64,000 nt of DNA from a virus, in IMG/VR virus record IMGVR_UViG_3300005264_000009, positions 1 to 64,000 of that record. One strand, 5' to 3'. Made by a program: the position numbers and the translations under genes. Shown in pieces: positions 8,159 through 17,592 of this stretch. Under the pieces are notes generated by a model that ran no database searches, was not told the DNA's origin, and was given only the letters and a program-made list of their open reading frames with translations. The number at the start of each line of letters is the position of its first letter. The first letter of the stretch is position 1.

Positions 8159-9028
8159 ATGATTATGCTTTATGCTTTTACTGGAAAAACAATGATTCAT
8201 CATGGTGTATTATTACAACAAATTATTAAAACCAAAACAAATGAAATTGGAGGATGGATTGAGGGCGAACATAACCTCCTTGGTGATGCTTGGGTAGATG
8301 ACCAAGCAAAAGTATGGGGAAATGCTCGAATTGATGGGTCAGCATTAATTTTTGGTAATGCTTGGGTTTTTGGGAATGCTAAAATAACAGGGAATGCCCA
8401 AATTTTTGAGAATGCCCAAGTTTTTGGGAATGCAAGAATTTTTGAAAATGCGAATATTTTTGGATGTGCAAGAGTAACAGATGCACTTGTTGATGGTAAT
8501 GCCATCATTAATGGTAATGTGAATGTAATGAGTAAAGCCGAAATTTGTGAAAATGCAAAAATTTCGGGTAATACATTAATTCAAGAAAATGCTTACGTGG
8601 GTGGGCATGCAAATATATTTGGAAATGCAAAAATACAAGGAAATGCCTTTGTAGATGGGCATGCAAACGTATTTGAAAGTGCATTGGTTTTTGGAAATGC
8701 AAGAGTTGGCGGGAAATCCTATGTATGTGGAGATACCAAATTGACAGGTAGATGTAATGTAAGAGGTAATGCTTTTATTACAGGAAAAGCTACTATTTAT
8801 GGTGATTCAACTATTGCAGAAAATGCTCGTGTAATGGGAAGTGCAAGAATTGGTGAAAACGCTTTTATTTATGAGAATGCCGTAATTTTTGGAAACGCTC
8901 ATATTAAAGGTGATGCAAGGGTTTTCGGAACAGTAAATGTGTTTGGTAATACTATTATTATAAATAAAGTATTAAGTGGTAATTGTAACATTTCAAATGA
9001 TGCAGATTTAGATTCATACAATTTCTAA
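8159..9028 (+). CDS. LbH hexapeptide-repeat protein
   Basis: FTGKTM..GGWIE then GNAxIF repeats. Confidence 0.88.
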   Translation: MIMLYAFTGKTMIHHGVLLQQIIKTKTNEIGGWIEGEHNLLGDAWVDDQAKVWGNARIDGSALIFGNAWVFGNAKITGNAQIFENAQVFGNARIFENANIFGCARVTDALVDGNAIINGNVNVMSKAEICENAKISGNTLIQENAYVGGHANIFGNAKIQGNAFVDGHANVFESALVFGNARVGGKSYVCGDTKLTGRCNVRGNAFITGKATIYGDSTIAENARVMGSARIGENAFIYENAVIFGNAHIKGDARVFGTVNVFGNTIIINKVLSGNCNISNDADLDSYNF

Positions 9029-9092
9029 ATCAAATATCATATTTTATAATTTTAAATGGGCTGGCATCCCGAACTGCCGAAAGGATAATAAT

Positions 9093-9569
9093 ATGAATAA
9101 AGTAAAAGAATTATATGATAGAGAAGGCATAACCGAAGAGGAAATACATGAGGAGTGCGATATTATGGGTGAATGTAGTGCATGGTTTTTCGATCATGTA
9201 TTACCAGATGTATTATCAAAAGCTGGATTAGAATTTTCTAACATTAATTTTCATACAAAAATTAGAATTGATGTTAGAACAGGTAAAATTGATGTACATC
9301 AATATGCAGATGATATACAATCTGCTGATGATCCTTTTTTCATTACACTTGTGTCGGTTGAACCATTTAGACAAAGTTTTGATGAAATAAAAATTTGGTT
9401 GAAAGAAAACATTGAAGATGAATATTACAAACATCTTTCCGAAGATGAACAAAAAGTATTTTTTCATTCCTGTATGCTTATGGAACAAGATAATATATGG
9501 GAAGATTGGGAATATTGGAAAGCGAAAATAAAAGAGTATTATGCTGATTTAAATTCTGATAATTTCTAA
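9093..9569 (+). CDS. Acidic hypothetical protein
   Basis: 158 aa, D/E rich, AAGGA RBS. Confidence 0.75.
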   Translation: MNKVKELYDREGITEEEIHEECDIMGECSAWFFDHVLPDVLSKAGLEFSNINFHTKIRIDVRTGKIDVHQYADDIQSADDPFFITLVSVEPFRQSFDEIKIWLKENIEDEYYKHLSEDEQKVFFHSCMLMEQDNIWEDWEYWKAKIKEYYADLNSDNF

Positions 9570-9636
9570 ATCAAATATATCACATTTTATATTTTTAAAC
9601 TGGGCTGGCATCCCGAACTGCTGAAAGGTTTTTAAA

Positions 9637-10113
9637 ATGAATACATTAAAAGTAAAAAAGATGTTAGAAATGGCTGGTGAGGCAATGCACTTTAAAAACA
9701 TTTTGCAAAATTTAGAAAACATCACATTTGATACATGTGCAGAAGATAAATATGAAGGTGATGCATACTATACCATTATGATAAATGGTTATAGTGATTA
9801 TTTCGATCAAATGCAGGAGGTTTATTTCAACAAGGAAAATGTGGCTATGGGATTAGGGATTTTACATAAATCAGGTTTTAAAACATCTATGCAAAGATTT
9901 CTACTTTGGCAATACATTGAAAGAAATGAAAGAAATGGAAATATTTGCACCGAAAAATCAAATACACATAGGATTAAAAAATGCAAAAATTGTAAAAAAT
10001 ATTTTTGTGATGAATGTGGTAATGTGTACAAAAAAACAAAAATTCCTGAAAATGTTGAAATGTTGGATGAAAAAGGCATTTGTAATAAATGTTGGAATAA
10101 AATAAAAAAATAA
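9637..10113 (+). CDS. Paralogue of 1195 with added C-terminal Cys-rich domain
   Basis: Shared N-terminal motifs; CKNC..CDEC..CNKC tail. Confidence 0.8.
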   Translation: MNTLKVKKMLEMAGEAMHFKNILQNLENITFDTCAEDKYEGDAYYTIMINGYSDYFDQMQEVYFNKENVAMGLGILHKSGFKTSMQRFLLWQYIERNERNGNICTEKSNTHRIKKCKNCKKYFCDECGNVYKKTKIPENVEMLDEKGICNKCWNKIKK

Positions 10114-10199
10114 ATTTCATTTTATGTTTTACATTTGATTTTGTAAAAAATGTTGTTAAATGTATTTTGTATTTTTTTATTTTTTTATTAAAATAGTAC

Positions 10200-10311
10200 T
10201 TGACAAAACTGAATTTTTTTGCTATAAGTGAAGTTTGGTGTAAATTTACAGATATTTTTTTATTTTTTTATTAAAATAGTGCTTGACTTCCTTTGTATAG
10301 TGTGCTATATA
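10200..10311 (+). promoter_or_regulatory. Two tandem sigma70-type promoters
   Basis: TTGACA-17-TATAAG (10200) and TTGACT-17-TATATA (10283), each behind a TTTTTTATTTTTTTATTAAAATAGT UP-like tract. Confidence 0.8.
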
Positions 10312-10392
10312 TAAGACAAGAATAAAACAGGTATTAAAAATTAAAACAAGCAAATGCATTGGGCAAATGCTTGTCAAACAATTAAAAGGGAG

Positions 10393-11217
10393 ATGATTAT
10401 GAAAACAGAAGCTATGAAAAAAATGTTAGAGGATCAAATTTTGGTACAACTTGAAAATGGTAATGTACCATGGAAAAAGAATTGGGAGGGCATTTTAGAT
10501 GCACCAAAATCATTGAGTACAGGAAATGAGTATGGTGGGTTTAATTATTTTATGCTTGCCATGCAAAATTACGAATCCCCATTCTGGGGAACGTATAAGC
10601 AAATAAAAAATTTAAAAGGAAATGTAAAAGAGGGTGAAAAGGGAACGAAAATCACATTTTATAAAACAGTGGTAAAAAATAAAGATACCGATGATGAGGA
10701 AAGATTCGGTTTGCTTAGATATTTCAATGTATTTAATGTTGACCAATGCGAAAATGTAAAAATACCCAAAAGATTTGAGCCTGAAGTAAATGAAACAGAA
10801 AATGATTATATAGAAAATTGCGAAAGTGTAATTTCAGGGTATAAAGATTGCCCTGAAATTAAATTTGGCATGAACCCTTGTTATATCCCATCAAAAGATA
10901 TTGTCGGAATGCCAAAGATAAACCAATTCCAAACTGCATCTGATTATTATGATGCGATGTTCCATGAGTTTGGGCATAGCACAAAAAGTAATTTTAGACT
11001 GACACGGAATGTAAGTAAAGACAGGGAGGAAATGGTAGCAGAATTTTGTTCATTTTATCTTTGTGCAATGACAGGAATTGAATCAGCCGTAATTGAAAAT
11101 CAAGCGGCATATATTAAAGGATGGAGTAAGAAAATCAAAGAGGATACAGGAATGATATTGCAGTGTAGTTCAATGGGTTGGAAAGCATCGCAATATATTC
11201 TTGGAAAACATTTATAA
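10393..11217 (+). CDS. ardC: ArdC-like antirestriction / ssDNA-binding protein with zincin-like domain
   Basis: G.VPWKKNW, YGGFN, WGTYKQ, VKEGEKG, FNVDQ, HEFGHST, EEMVAE. Confidence 0.88.
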   Translation: MIMKTEAMKKMLEDQILVQLENGNVPWKKNWEGILDAPKSLSTGNEYGGFNYFMLAMQNYESPFWGTYKQIKNLKGNVKEGEKGTKITFYKTVVKNKDTDDEERFGLLRYFNVFNVDQCENVKIPKRFEPEVNETENDYIENCESVISGYKDCPEIKFGMNPCYIPSKDIVGMPKINQFQTASDYYDAMFHEFGHSTKSNFRLTRNVSKDREEMVAEFCSFYLCAMTGIESAVIENQAAYIKGWSKKIKEDTGMILQCSSMGWKASQYILGKHL

Positions 11218-11274
11218 TATTAATAAATGAGCAACTACATTGGGTGGTTGCTCAAAATATAAAAGGAGAAAAAA

Positions 11275-11499
11275 ATGGTAATTATCGATGTTGAATATGA
11301 GTGTATAGCAATTAAGAAACATACACTTTGCATTACAGATGAAATGGCAGAGGAATTAAAAAAAGTAAAAAATAAAAACATTTATAATGTAGCAGATATT
11401 TGTGATATTAAAAACTTTTTTGAAATGGATAAAACATCTACAATAATAAAGTGTATGCCAAAGAGTGATGGTAATGCACTAATATATGAAAGTGCATAA
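11275..11499 (+). CDS. Hypothetical protein
   Basis: AGGAG RBS, 74 aa. Confidence 0.65.
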   Translation: MVIIDVEYECIAIKKHTLCITDEMAEELKKVKNKNIYNVADICDIKNFFEMDKTSTIIKCMPKSDGNALIYESA

Positions 11500-11503
11500 C
11501 ATT

Positions 11504-11563
11504 TAAACAGTGTTAGTAAACGGCTTAAAATGGTGGTTTTAAGCCGTTTAGTAATGTTGTTTA
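11504..11563 (+). other. Long intergenic hairpin
   Basis: TAAACAGTGTTA-G-TAAACGGCTTAAAA-TGGTGG-TTTTAAGCCGTTTA-G-TAATGTTGTTTA. Confidence 0.7.
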
Positions 11564-11620
11564 GGTAATGGGTATCTGAACAATTAAAACATGAACATTT
11601 ACACTATTAAAGGAGTCAGT

Positions 11621-11944
11621 ATGAAATTATTAAACAGTGCAGTAATGACAAGAGAAGGCGTTTATACTTGTAAAGACATAACATTTAAACAATTTAAGGA
11701 TAAACTTAAATTTCATTATAACAATAAAAGTTTAGAAACATTTATTGGATATCAACAAAATATTGATTTAATTAAAAAATGGGTAGGAATTAAATTACCC
11801 ATAAATAGAGTAGTATGCAAATTAAATGATAAGGATGAAATGTTGGTTATGAAATTAAATTATCGAATGATGGGACAAAAAGGAACACTTGTAAATGAAA
11901 ATAATTTCATATTTCAAGTAGTTTCATTTAGTAAATTAGATTAA
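11621..11944 (+). CDS. DUF1874 (AcrIII-1 / STIV B116 / YddF-like) protein, GY variant
   Basis: LLNS.V.T..G.Y..., FIGY..., G..L..NR..., DE.LV..L..R matches the family pattern as recalled; AGGAG RBS. Confidence 0.72.
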   Translation: MKLLNSAVMTREGVYTCKDITFKQFKDKLKFHYNNKSLETFIGYQQNIDLIKKWVGIKLPINRVVCKLNDKDEMLVMKLNYRMMGQKGTLVNENNFIFQVVSFSKLD

Positions 11945-11974
11945 TATTTTTTTATTTTTTTATTAATATAGTCC

Positions 11975-12003
11975 TTGACTTCCTTTGTATAGTGTGCTAT
12001 ATA
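11975..12003 (+). promoter_or_regulatory. sigma70-type promoter inside a duplicated ~150-bp promoter-leader block
   Basis: 11945-12096 nearly identical to 10253-10401. Confidence 0.85.
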
Positions 12004-12093
12004 TAAGGTAAATAATAAAACAGATATTAAAAATTAAAACAAGCGAATGCATTGGGCAAATGCTTGTTAAACAACTAAAAGGGAGATGATATT

Positions 12094-12330
12094 ATGATTA
12101 CAAGAGACAACATTAACGATGTAATTGGGGCTTTAACTGATGATGAAAAAAATCAAATTAAAGAGTGTATGCATGAATATGTCATCTTGCACTTACACAT
12201 TGCCAATGCAGGTTGGGCAGTAACAATGGAATTAACCAATGATTATGCCGAACAAGATGTATCAACATCGGCAATCATTGAATTAGACTGGGCATTAGAT
12301 ATTTTAGAGGAGGAAAATGAAAATAAATAA
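12094..12330 (+). CDS. Acidic hypothetical protein
   Basis: First gene after the duplicated promoter, GGGAG RBS. Confidence 0.75.
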   Translation: MITRDNINDVIGALTDDEKNQIKECMHEYVILHLHIANAGWAVTMELTNDYAEQDVSTSAIIELDWALDILEEENENK

Positions 12331-12550
12331 TGACAAAATAATTTCTTTGGAGCATAGCCTCACAAAAACATTTGACTATAATGGCTGTGAAAATTGTAAT
12401 AATAATCTTGGAAATGATGTTTATACAACAAAAGCATATTTCGACAATTTCAAAGATTATTATATTATTCAACTTTGCCATGAATGCTTGTGTGCATGGC
12501 ATAATGCTGAAGTATTGGATAAAAACTGTAAAAACACTTTTGAAATGTAA
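12317..12550 (+). CDS. Cys-rich small protein
   Basis: GAGGAGG RBS; CENC...CHECLC. Confidence 0.7.
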   Translation: MKINNDKIISLEHSLTKTFDYNGCENCNNNLGNDVYTTKAYFDNFKDYYIIQLCHECLCAWHNAEVLDKNCKNTFEM

Positions 12551-13056
12551 TGGGGGTTATTATGAATTGTGAGTGTAAACATTTTGCTAATACTGTTAAG
12601 TGTGAATGTGGGCATCTTTTTTGTCAATGTTGTTCTGTTAATGTATCATTTATGCAAGAATGGGAAGACGATTCAGATTATCTTATATGTCCTAAATGTG
12701 GGGTTGATTTTTATTGTAAATGCCCTGAACAATTAAAAAAATATAAAGCTCATTATGACGGAGAAAATGGGGATGGTTACCACATTTTAAGTAAAAAAAT
12801 GGAAGTACCTAAATTTTTTGATAAAGCAAAATTAGTAAAAGAAAATGACATATATTATTATGTTGATAAATATAATGTTTTAGTAGCACCATTTGGTTGG
12901 TATGTAAATTCAGTTGTTTATTTTACAAAACATTTTAATCCAGTAAATGCCACCATTGAATTTACAGATGGTTTAAATGGTTATTATAAAAAAAAGGAAG
13001 TTAATGTAGATGATGTTTTAAAAATCTGGGAAGTGATAAATGACGATAAAGAATAA
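12550..13056 (+). CDS. Cys-rich hypothetical protein
   Basis: CECGH..CQCC..CPKC N-terminus. Confidence 0.7.
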   Translation: MGVIMNCECKHFANTVKCECGHLFCQCCSVNVSFMQEWEDDSDYLICPKCGVDFYCKCPEQLKKYKAHYDGENGDGYHILSKKMEVPKFFDKAKLVKENDIYYYVDKYNVLVAPFGWYVNSVVYFTKHFNPVNATIEFTDGLNGYYKKKEVNVDDVLKIWEVINDDKE

Positions 13057-13228
13057 AAAATAACATATCTTGAAAAAAATGGTGTGTCTGATGAACATAC
13101 CATTAATGAATGTGGTATGTATTTTAATGAGTGCATATTATAAAGACAATAATGAATATAGTTATATGAATGTATTTTATGTGATGATTGCATTTTTGAA
13201 TACATTAAAATGTTACAAAGAGGTAAAA

Positions 13229-13489
13229 ATGGATTATAGCAATGACTATTATGAAATAAACAATATACCATTGGTATATGACTTAGATACACTAAAATAT
13301 GTTAAAATGCCAACTTTAACTATTATGGAGTATTTAAAATTAAATGGATTTAAAAATGAAATTGTTAATGAGGGTTTACCAAAAGAGCAATTCATTCCAA
13401 AAACCATTGAAAAGTTAGAACGTATAAAAAAAATGAATAAAAAAATATTATATGCAATTAATGCACAATGTGAATACAAGGAGAATTAA
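13229..13489 (+). CDS. Hypothetical protein
   Basis: AGAGG RBS before MDYSND within the tracked ORF. Confidence 0.5.
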   Translation: MDYSNDYYEINNIPLVYDLDTLKYVKMPTLTIMEYLKLNGFKNEIVNEGLPKEQFIPKTIEKLERIKKMNKKILYAINAQCEYKEN

Positions 13490-13490
13490 A

Positions 13491-13883
13491 ATGGGGGAAT
13501 TAAAAATAGTAATAGATGATGAGGTTGTAACATTAGATTATATAAATGATAATCAATACAAAGCTGATAATGGTTGTTCTTATTACATTTTTTGTGATTG
13601 TGCTGATGCTGGTGAGTATGTAAAATCATATTATGAAAATATGATTATGACAAGTAAAGATGATTTTATCTGCATTGTCGGGAGAGATACCCTTGTAGAT
13701 TGGGCATTAGGTTTTTATAACAATGGGTTTTGTTCTGTTGATGAATGGCTTGATGACTGGCTAAATAAACCAGAGGATCATTGGGCATCATATGATAATG
13801 AGGAGGTGGAAATTACACGAATGAATAAACATATGAAAGAAGAAATGGATAGTACATCATGTGTTATGTATAGATTTAATTGA
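13491..13883 (+). CDS. Hypothetical protein, paralogue of 14303
   Basis: MGELKIVIDDEVV..YYIF..DAGE..DEWLD.WLN.PE.H. Confidence 0.8.
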   Translation: MGELKIVIDDEVVTLDYINDNQYKADNGCSYYIFCDCADAGEYVKSYYENMIMTSKDDFICIVGRDTLVDWALGFYNNGFCSVDEWLDDWLNKPEDHWASYDNEEVEITRMNKHMKEEMDSTSCVMYRFN

Positions 13884-13914
13884 TTATTTTTTTCTGTATT
13901 TATTAAAATAGTGC

Positions 13915-13943
13915 TTGACAAGCCCGTTAAAGTGTGGTATAAC
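13915..13943 (+). promoter_or_regulatory. sigma70-type promoter (identical copy at 14842)
   Basis: TTGACA-AGCCCGTTAAAGTGTGG-TATAAC. Confidence 0.85.
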
Positions 13944-14019
13944 GTAGGTAAACAATAAAACAAAGCAAGTAAACCATTAAACAGAATGCTTATATTGAAT
14001 AAGTATTCAAAAAAGGAGA

Positions 14020-14310
14020 ATGATTATGAAAATTACAGTTGAGTATATGTGTACAGTATGGAAAGAAGTACAAATAGAGTGTACAAAGGAAGAGTTAGAA
14101 AAGTATATAAAAAAAGCAAAAGAAATGAACCCTGCATCAATGTATGGGTTATGCGAAATAATGAACAAAGACTTATATGAAATGGAAACAGAACAAACTG
14201 AAGATTCTGATGAACCATTGTGTGTATCCAAAAGATATAAAAACACAGTGGTTATGTTTGATGAAGAATATGGTGAAATATATACTAATGGAGAAATACA
14301 AAATGGGTAA
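14020..14310 (+). CDS. Hypothetical protein
   Basis: AGGAG RBS, ATGATTATG start. Confidence 0.7.
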   Translation: MIMKITVEYMCTVWKEVQIECTKEELEKYIKKAKEMNPASMYGLCEIMNKDLYEMETEQTEDSDEPLCVSKRYKNTVVMFDEEYGEIYTNGEIQNG

Positions 14311-14707
14311 TTTAAAGTGTGTTTTAGATGATAAAGTCGTATCATTCGAAAAAGTTAATTTTATGAATGATATGTATAAGTGTAGTAATGGTAATAAATA
14401 CTACATTTTTATGAATAATGATGATGCTGGTGAAACCGCAAGAGAATATTATGCTGAAATGGCTGATAAATGCCCTGACGAAATCCTTTCAATGGTAGGT
14501 GTTCGTGCATTAATTGAATGGAGTAGGGGGTGTTCATATGCAGCAGGATGTATCGGTGTAAGTTCATTGGATGAATGGCTTGATTTATGGCTAAACAATC
14601 CAGAGGAACATTTTGCATGTGATGGGGTTGAAATTAATATAGAAAAAATGAATAAAAATATGCAAGAGGAGTTTTGTGGGTTAGAATGTGTTGCTTATAA
14701 GTGTTAA
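14303..14707 (+). CDS. Hypothetical protein, paralogue of 13491
   Basis: MGNLKCVLDDKVV..YYIF..DAGE..DEWLDLWLNNPEEH. Confidence 0.8.
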   Translation: MGNLKCVLDDKVVSFEKVNFMNDMYKCSNGNKYYIFMNNDDAGETAREYYAEMADKCPDEILSMVGVRALIEWSRGCSYAAGCIGVSSLDEWLDLWLNNPEEHFACDGVEINIEKMNKNMQEEFCGLECVAYKC

Positions 14708-14841
14708 GGAGAATTAATATGTATATATGGATATTGATAATATTGATATGGGAATATACCAATAGAAAATTTATCTTCGTCTATTAATTTAATAAATACA
14801 GAAAATATTTTCTTTTTTTCTGTATTTATTAAAAATAGTGC

Positions 14842-14870
14842 TTGACAAGCCCGTTAAAGTGTGGTATAAC
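14842..14870 (+). promoter_or_regulatory. sigma70-type promoter
   Basis: Duplicate of the 13915 block. Confidence 0.85.
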
Positions 14871-14926
14871 GTAGGTAAACAATAAAACAAGGCAATTTAA
14901 AAACTTAATTTTAAAGGGGAATAAAA

Positions 14927-15289
14927 ATGGAAGTAAAAACATTAAAAGCAAGAATAAATGACAAGTGTGAAGAATTAAACATCCAAAATACCAAAATTGA
15001 CACAGATGAGTTTTTGGATAAATTCTTTTATGGAATGGATGAAAAATTAACACCCACAGGCACAAAATATACATTGGAACATTGTTCTATTGAGTGGTTA
15101 GTGGAACGACACATGACACATATTTATGTGTGTATCACAGATGAAAAACCTGAACAGTATTTCACAAACAAACAAACAAAAACATTTGAAAAAGTTTATA
15201 GTTTTTGTGATTATAGTGCAGATGCTATAATAAATGACATAAAAAGTGCGTCAAATGATATGTTAAAAACTATAACTTTTTTAGGGTAA
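14927..15289 (+). CDS. Hypothetical protein
   Basis: AGGGG RBS after promoter. Confidence 0.75.
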   Translation: MEVKTLKARINDKCEELNIQNTKIDTDEFLDKFFYGMDEKLTPTGTKYTLEHCSIEWLVERHMTHIYVCITDEKPEQYFTNKQTKTFEKVYSFCDYSADAIINDIKSASNDMLKTITFLG

Positions 15290-15302
15290 GGAGTGTAATA
15301 AA

Positions 15303-15479
15303 ATGGCAAAAAAGAAAAAAATAAAAGTAGAAAAAAAGACAAGATGTGTGTCATTACCAAAAGAACTTGAAAAAAATATTATTGTACAGGCAAGAAAAGA
15401 AAGGTTACGAAAAGCAAAATTCATAACCGAGGTAATGACAAAATATTTAAAATGGAGGATTGAAAAAAATGGGAAGTAA
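15303..15479 (+). CDS. Ribbon-helix-helix-like DNA-binding protein
   Basis: KTRCVSLPKELEKNIIVQARKERLRKAKFITEVMTKYL; AGGAG RBS. Confidence 0.55.
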   Translation: MAKKKKIKVEKKTRCVSLPKELEKNIIVQARKERLRKAKFITEVMTKYLKWRIEKNGK

Positions 15480-15645
15480 AAAAAAATATAATTATTTTAA
15501 GACTATGGTAACTTTACCGAATGAGTTACATGAAGAGTTAGAATTGGTGGCAATCGAAAAAGACATATCTGTATCAAAGGTGGTACAGAATGTTTTAAAA
15601 AAATATATTAAAAAACAAAACAAAAAGGAGAATCAAAATGGCTAA
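15469..15645 (+). CDS. Ribbon-helix-helix (CopG/Arc-like) protein
   Basis: TMVTLPNELHEELELVAIEKDISVSKVVQNVLKKY. Confidence 0.7.
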   Translation: MGSKKKYNYFKTMVTLPNELHEELELVAIEKDISVSKVVQNVLKKYIKKQNKKENQNG

Positions 15646-16009
15646 GAAAACAGATGTAAAAGTGTTAAGTGGTGATCAAGCAGCATTATTAAGTGAAGGC
15701 TGTAAACTTAATGCACAAAAAAAAGCGATAGAGGCAAGATTGAAAGAGATAAAAAGTGAAATGAAGATCAATAAAATAGGTACATACACTAATAAGGCAA
15801 ATGATAAGGTAGTAATTAGTGAAGTACAAAATTATTCACCAGTCGATCCGAAATTACTTTTTAAATATATGAGAGAAAACAAAATGACAAAACATTATTG
15901 GTCTTGTGTAAAAGTACAACTGACACCATTAAAAAAGCAAATAGCTGAAAGTAAATACAATAAATGGAGAAATAAATTGGATATAACTTTTAAATGGGCT
16001 TTTAAATAA
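15638..16009 (+). CDS. Basic hypothetical protein with coiled-coil start
   Basis: AGGAG RBS; 123 aa. Confidence 0.75.
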   Translation: MAKKTDVKVLSGDQAALLSEGCKLNAQKKAIEARLKEIKSEMKINKIGTYTNKANDKVVISEVQNYSPVDPKLLFKYMRENKMTKHYWSCVKVQLTPLKKQIAESKYNKWRNKLDITFKWAFK

Positions 16010-16027
16010 AATAAATAGGGGGGAGTT

Positions 16028-16309
16028 ATGAGAACATTTCTATGTTCGTCAGACAAAAGTTTTGGTGCATGTACCCATAAAATTTATCGCATCAAAAATA
16101 ATCAACTCATTTATTTGGGTGAAAATAAAGTCAATACAGCCAGTATGAGGGGGTTTGACCATGAAACAGGTATATGGTTGGTAAAAAACAAATATATACC
16201 CAAAACGTGGATGACTGATGCTGGTTATATAGATTACAAAAAATATAGAAGTTTATATGGAGATGAAAAGGCGGAAAATCTATATAACATTATTGTTTTA
16301 GGAGGTTAA
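16028..16309 (+). CDS. Hypothetical protein
   Basis: GGGAG RBS. Confidence 0.7.
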   Translation: MRTFLCSSDKSFGACTHKIYRIKNNQLIYLGENKVNTASMRGFDHETGIWLVKNKYIPKTWMTDAGYIDYKKYRSLYGDEKAENLYNIIVLGG

Positions 16310-16517
16310 ATATGATTATAATTGATATTATTATTGTATTACTTTTAAACTTATTTTTTCCAGATGAAAAAAATAAAAAACAAGGCAATGGGGAGGGTGA
16401 TTTTATATTCTTTAATGAAGTAAGAAATTCATTTGAAAATCATCAAGAATTTATGGCTGATAATCCAGATTGGTAAAAACTTATAACATTATAAAATTTA
16501 AATTGGGAGATTATATT

Positions 16518-17189
16518 ATGAATGAGAAAGAAATTAAAAAAGTACAATTAAAGAATGGTGAAAAGTATTTTAGAATACAAAGAAATTCTGAATATAATGG
16601 GGATAAAAGACCAACTTGTCTTGTTGTAGGAAAACCCATTACAATACCATTCCTTCCAGAGTACAAATTTTTTACACAAAGAACTGAAAAGGGTTTATGG
16701 TCATTATCGGAAGTATCAACAGGATTGAGTCTGATAAGGAACAAAGATAAAAGAAAAGAATTAATTGACTCATTTAAAAAACATGTGGATACATGTACAA
16801 TAAAACGTTTTAAAGAGTTAGTAAAAAAAGCAAAAAAAGTAGATGAATACATAAACGATGTAGCAAGAATAAAAAAAGAAAAAGAAATTCTACCTTATGT
16901 TCTTATTACAAATAAGATAGATGTGTCTGTAATGAATAATAATGATAAACTTAATGTACAGGCATGTCTTGTTATCTTTAATGATTATAAAGAATTTACA
17001 TTTATTGTGTATAAAACTGATAATAGAAAATGGTGTTGTTATGAATACAAAACAGGTTTATCCGTATCATCATGGGGTGGTACAAGAAAAGGATGCATAA
17101 ATAACACACTCGAAAAGTTTGCAAAAATGCCAAACATACGTAAAACAATTTTATCAGCACATAAAGATTGTGAAATTTTAAATAAATAA
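16518..17189 (+). CDS. Hypothetical protein with internal duplication
   Basis: W..SE.STGLS and W...EYKTGLS repeated domains. Confidence 0.75.
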   Translation: MNEKEIKKVQLKNGEKYFRIQRNSEYNGDKRPTCLVVGKPITIPFLPEYKFFTQRTEKGLWSLSEVSTGLSLIRNKDKRKELIDSFKKHVDTCTIKRFKELVKKAKKVDEYINDVARIKKEKEILPYVLITNKIDVSVMNNNDKLNVQACLVIFNDYKEFTFIVYKTDNRKWCCYEYKTGLSVSSWGGTRKGCINNTLEKFAKMPNIRKTILSAHKDCEILNK

Positions 17190-17264
17190 AAAAAATAAAC
17201 AATAAACCATATGTTGATTTTACACTTATAAATGTAAAATCAGCATAAAACTTAGGAGGATAAA

Positions 17265-17582
17265 ATGAATATTGATACTTTACCATATATAGATGATTTA
17301 CCTGATCATTTTGATGAATTTGAAGACTTTTTAAGTACACATTTTAAAATTAATATTGATAAAGAGTTTCTTATTTATATAGTAGAAATGCAACAAATAT
17401 TGCAAAATATTCATTATGGAAATTTACGTGCAGAAGTTGTTTTTGATATATTAAAAGAAAATTTAGAGTCAGAATATGGTGTTGAATGTTCTTTCTTTAT
17501 AAATGCTATTGACACACAATTTTATATTAATGGTGATAGTGTTTATAGTGCTGATGATATTTTAAATTGCATACAAAATTAA
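17265..17582 (+). CDS. Acidic hypothetical protein
   Basis: AGGAGG RBS. Confidence 0.75.
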   Translation: MNIDTLPYIDDLPDHFDEFEDFLSTHFKINIDKEFLIYIVEMQQILQNIHYGNLRAEVVFDILKENLESEYGVECSFFINAIDTQFYINGDSVYSADDILNCIQN

Positions 17583-17592
17583 GGACTTAATT

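Noticed and set aside
5396-9028. Diversity-generating retroelement acting on the repeat proteins
   Set aside because: No reverse transcriptase and no template/variable repeat pair with adenine-specific differences in the window.
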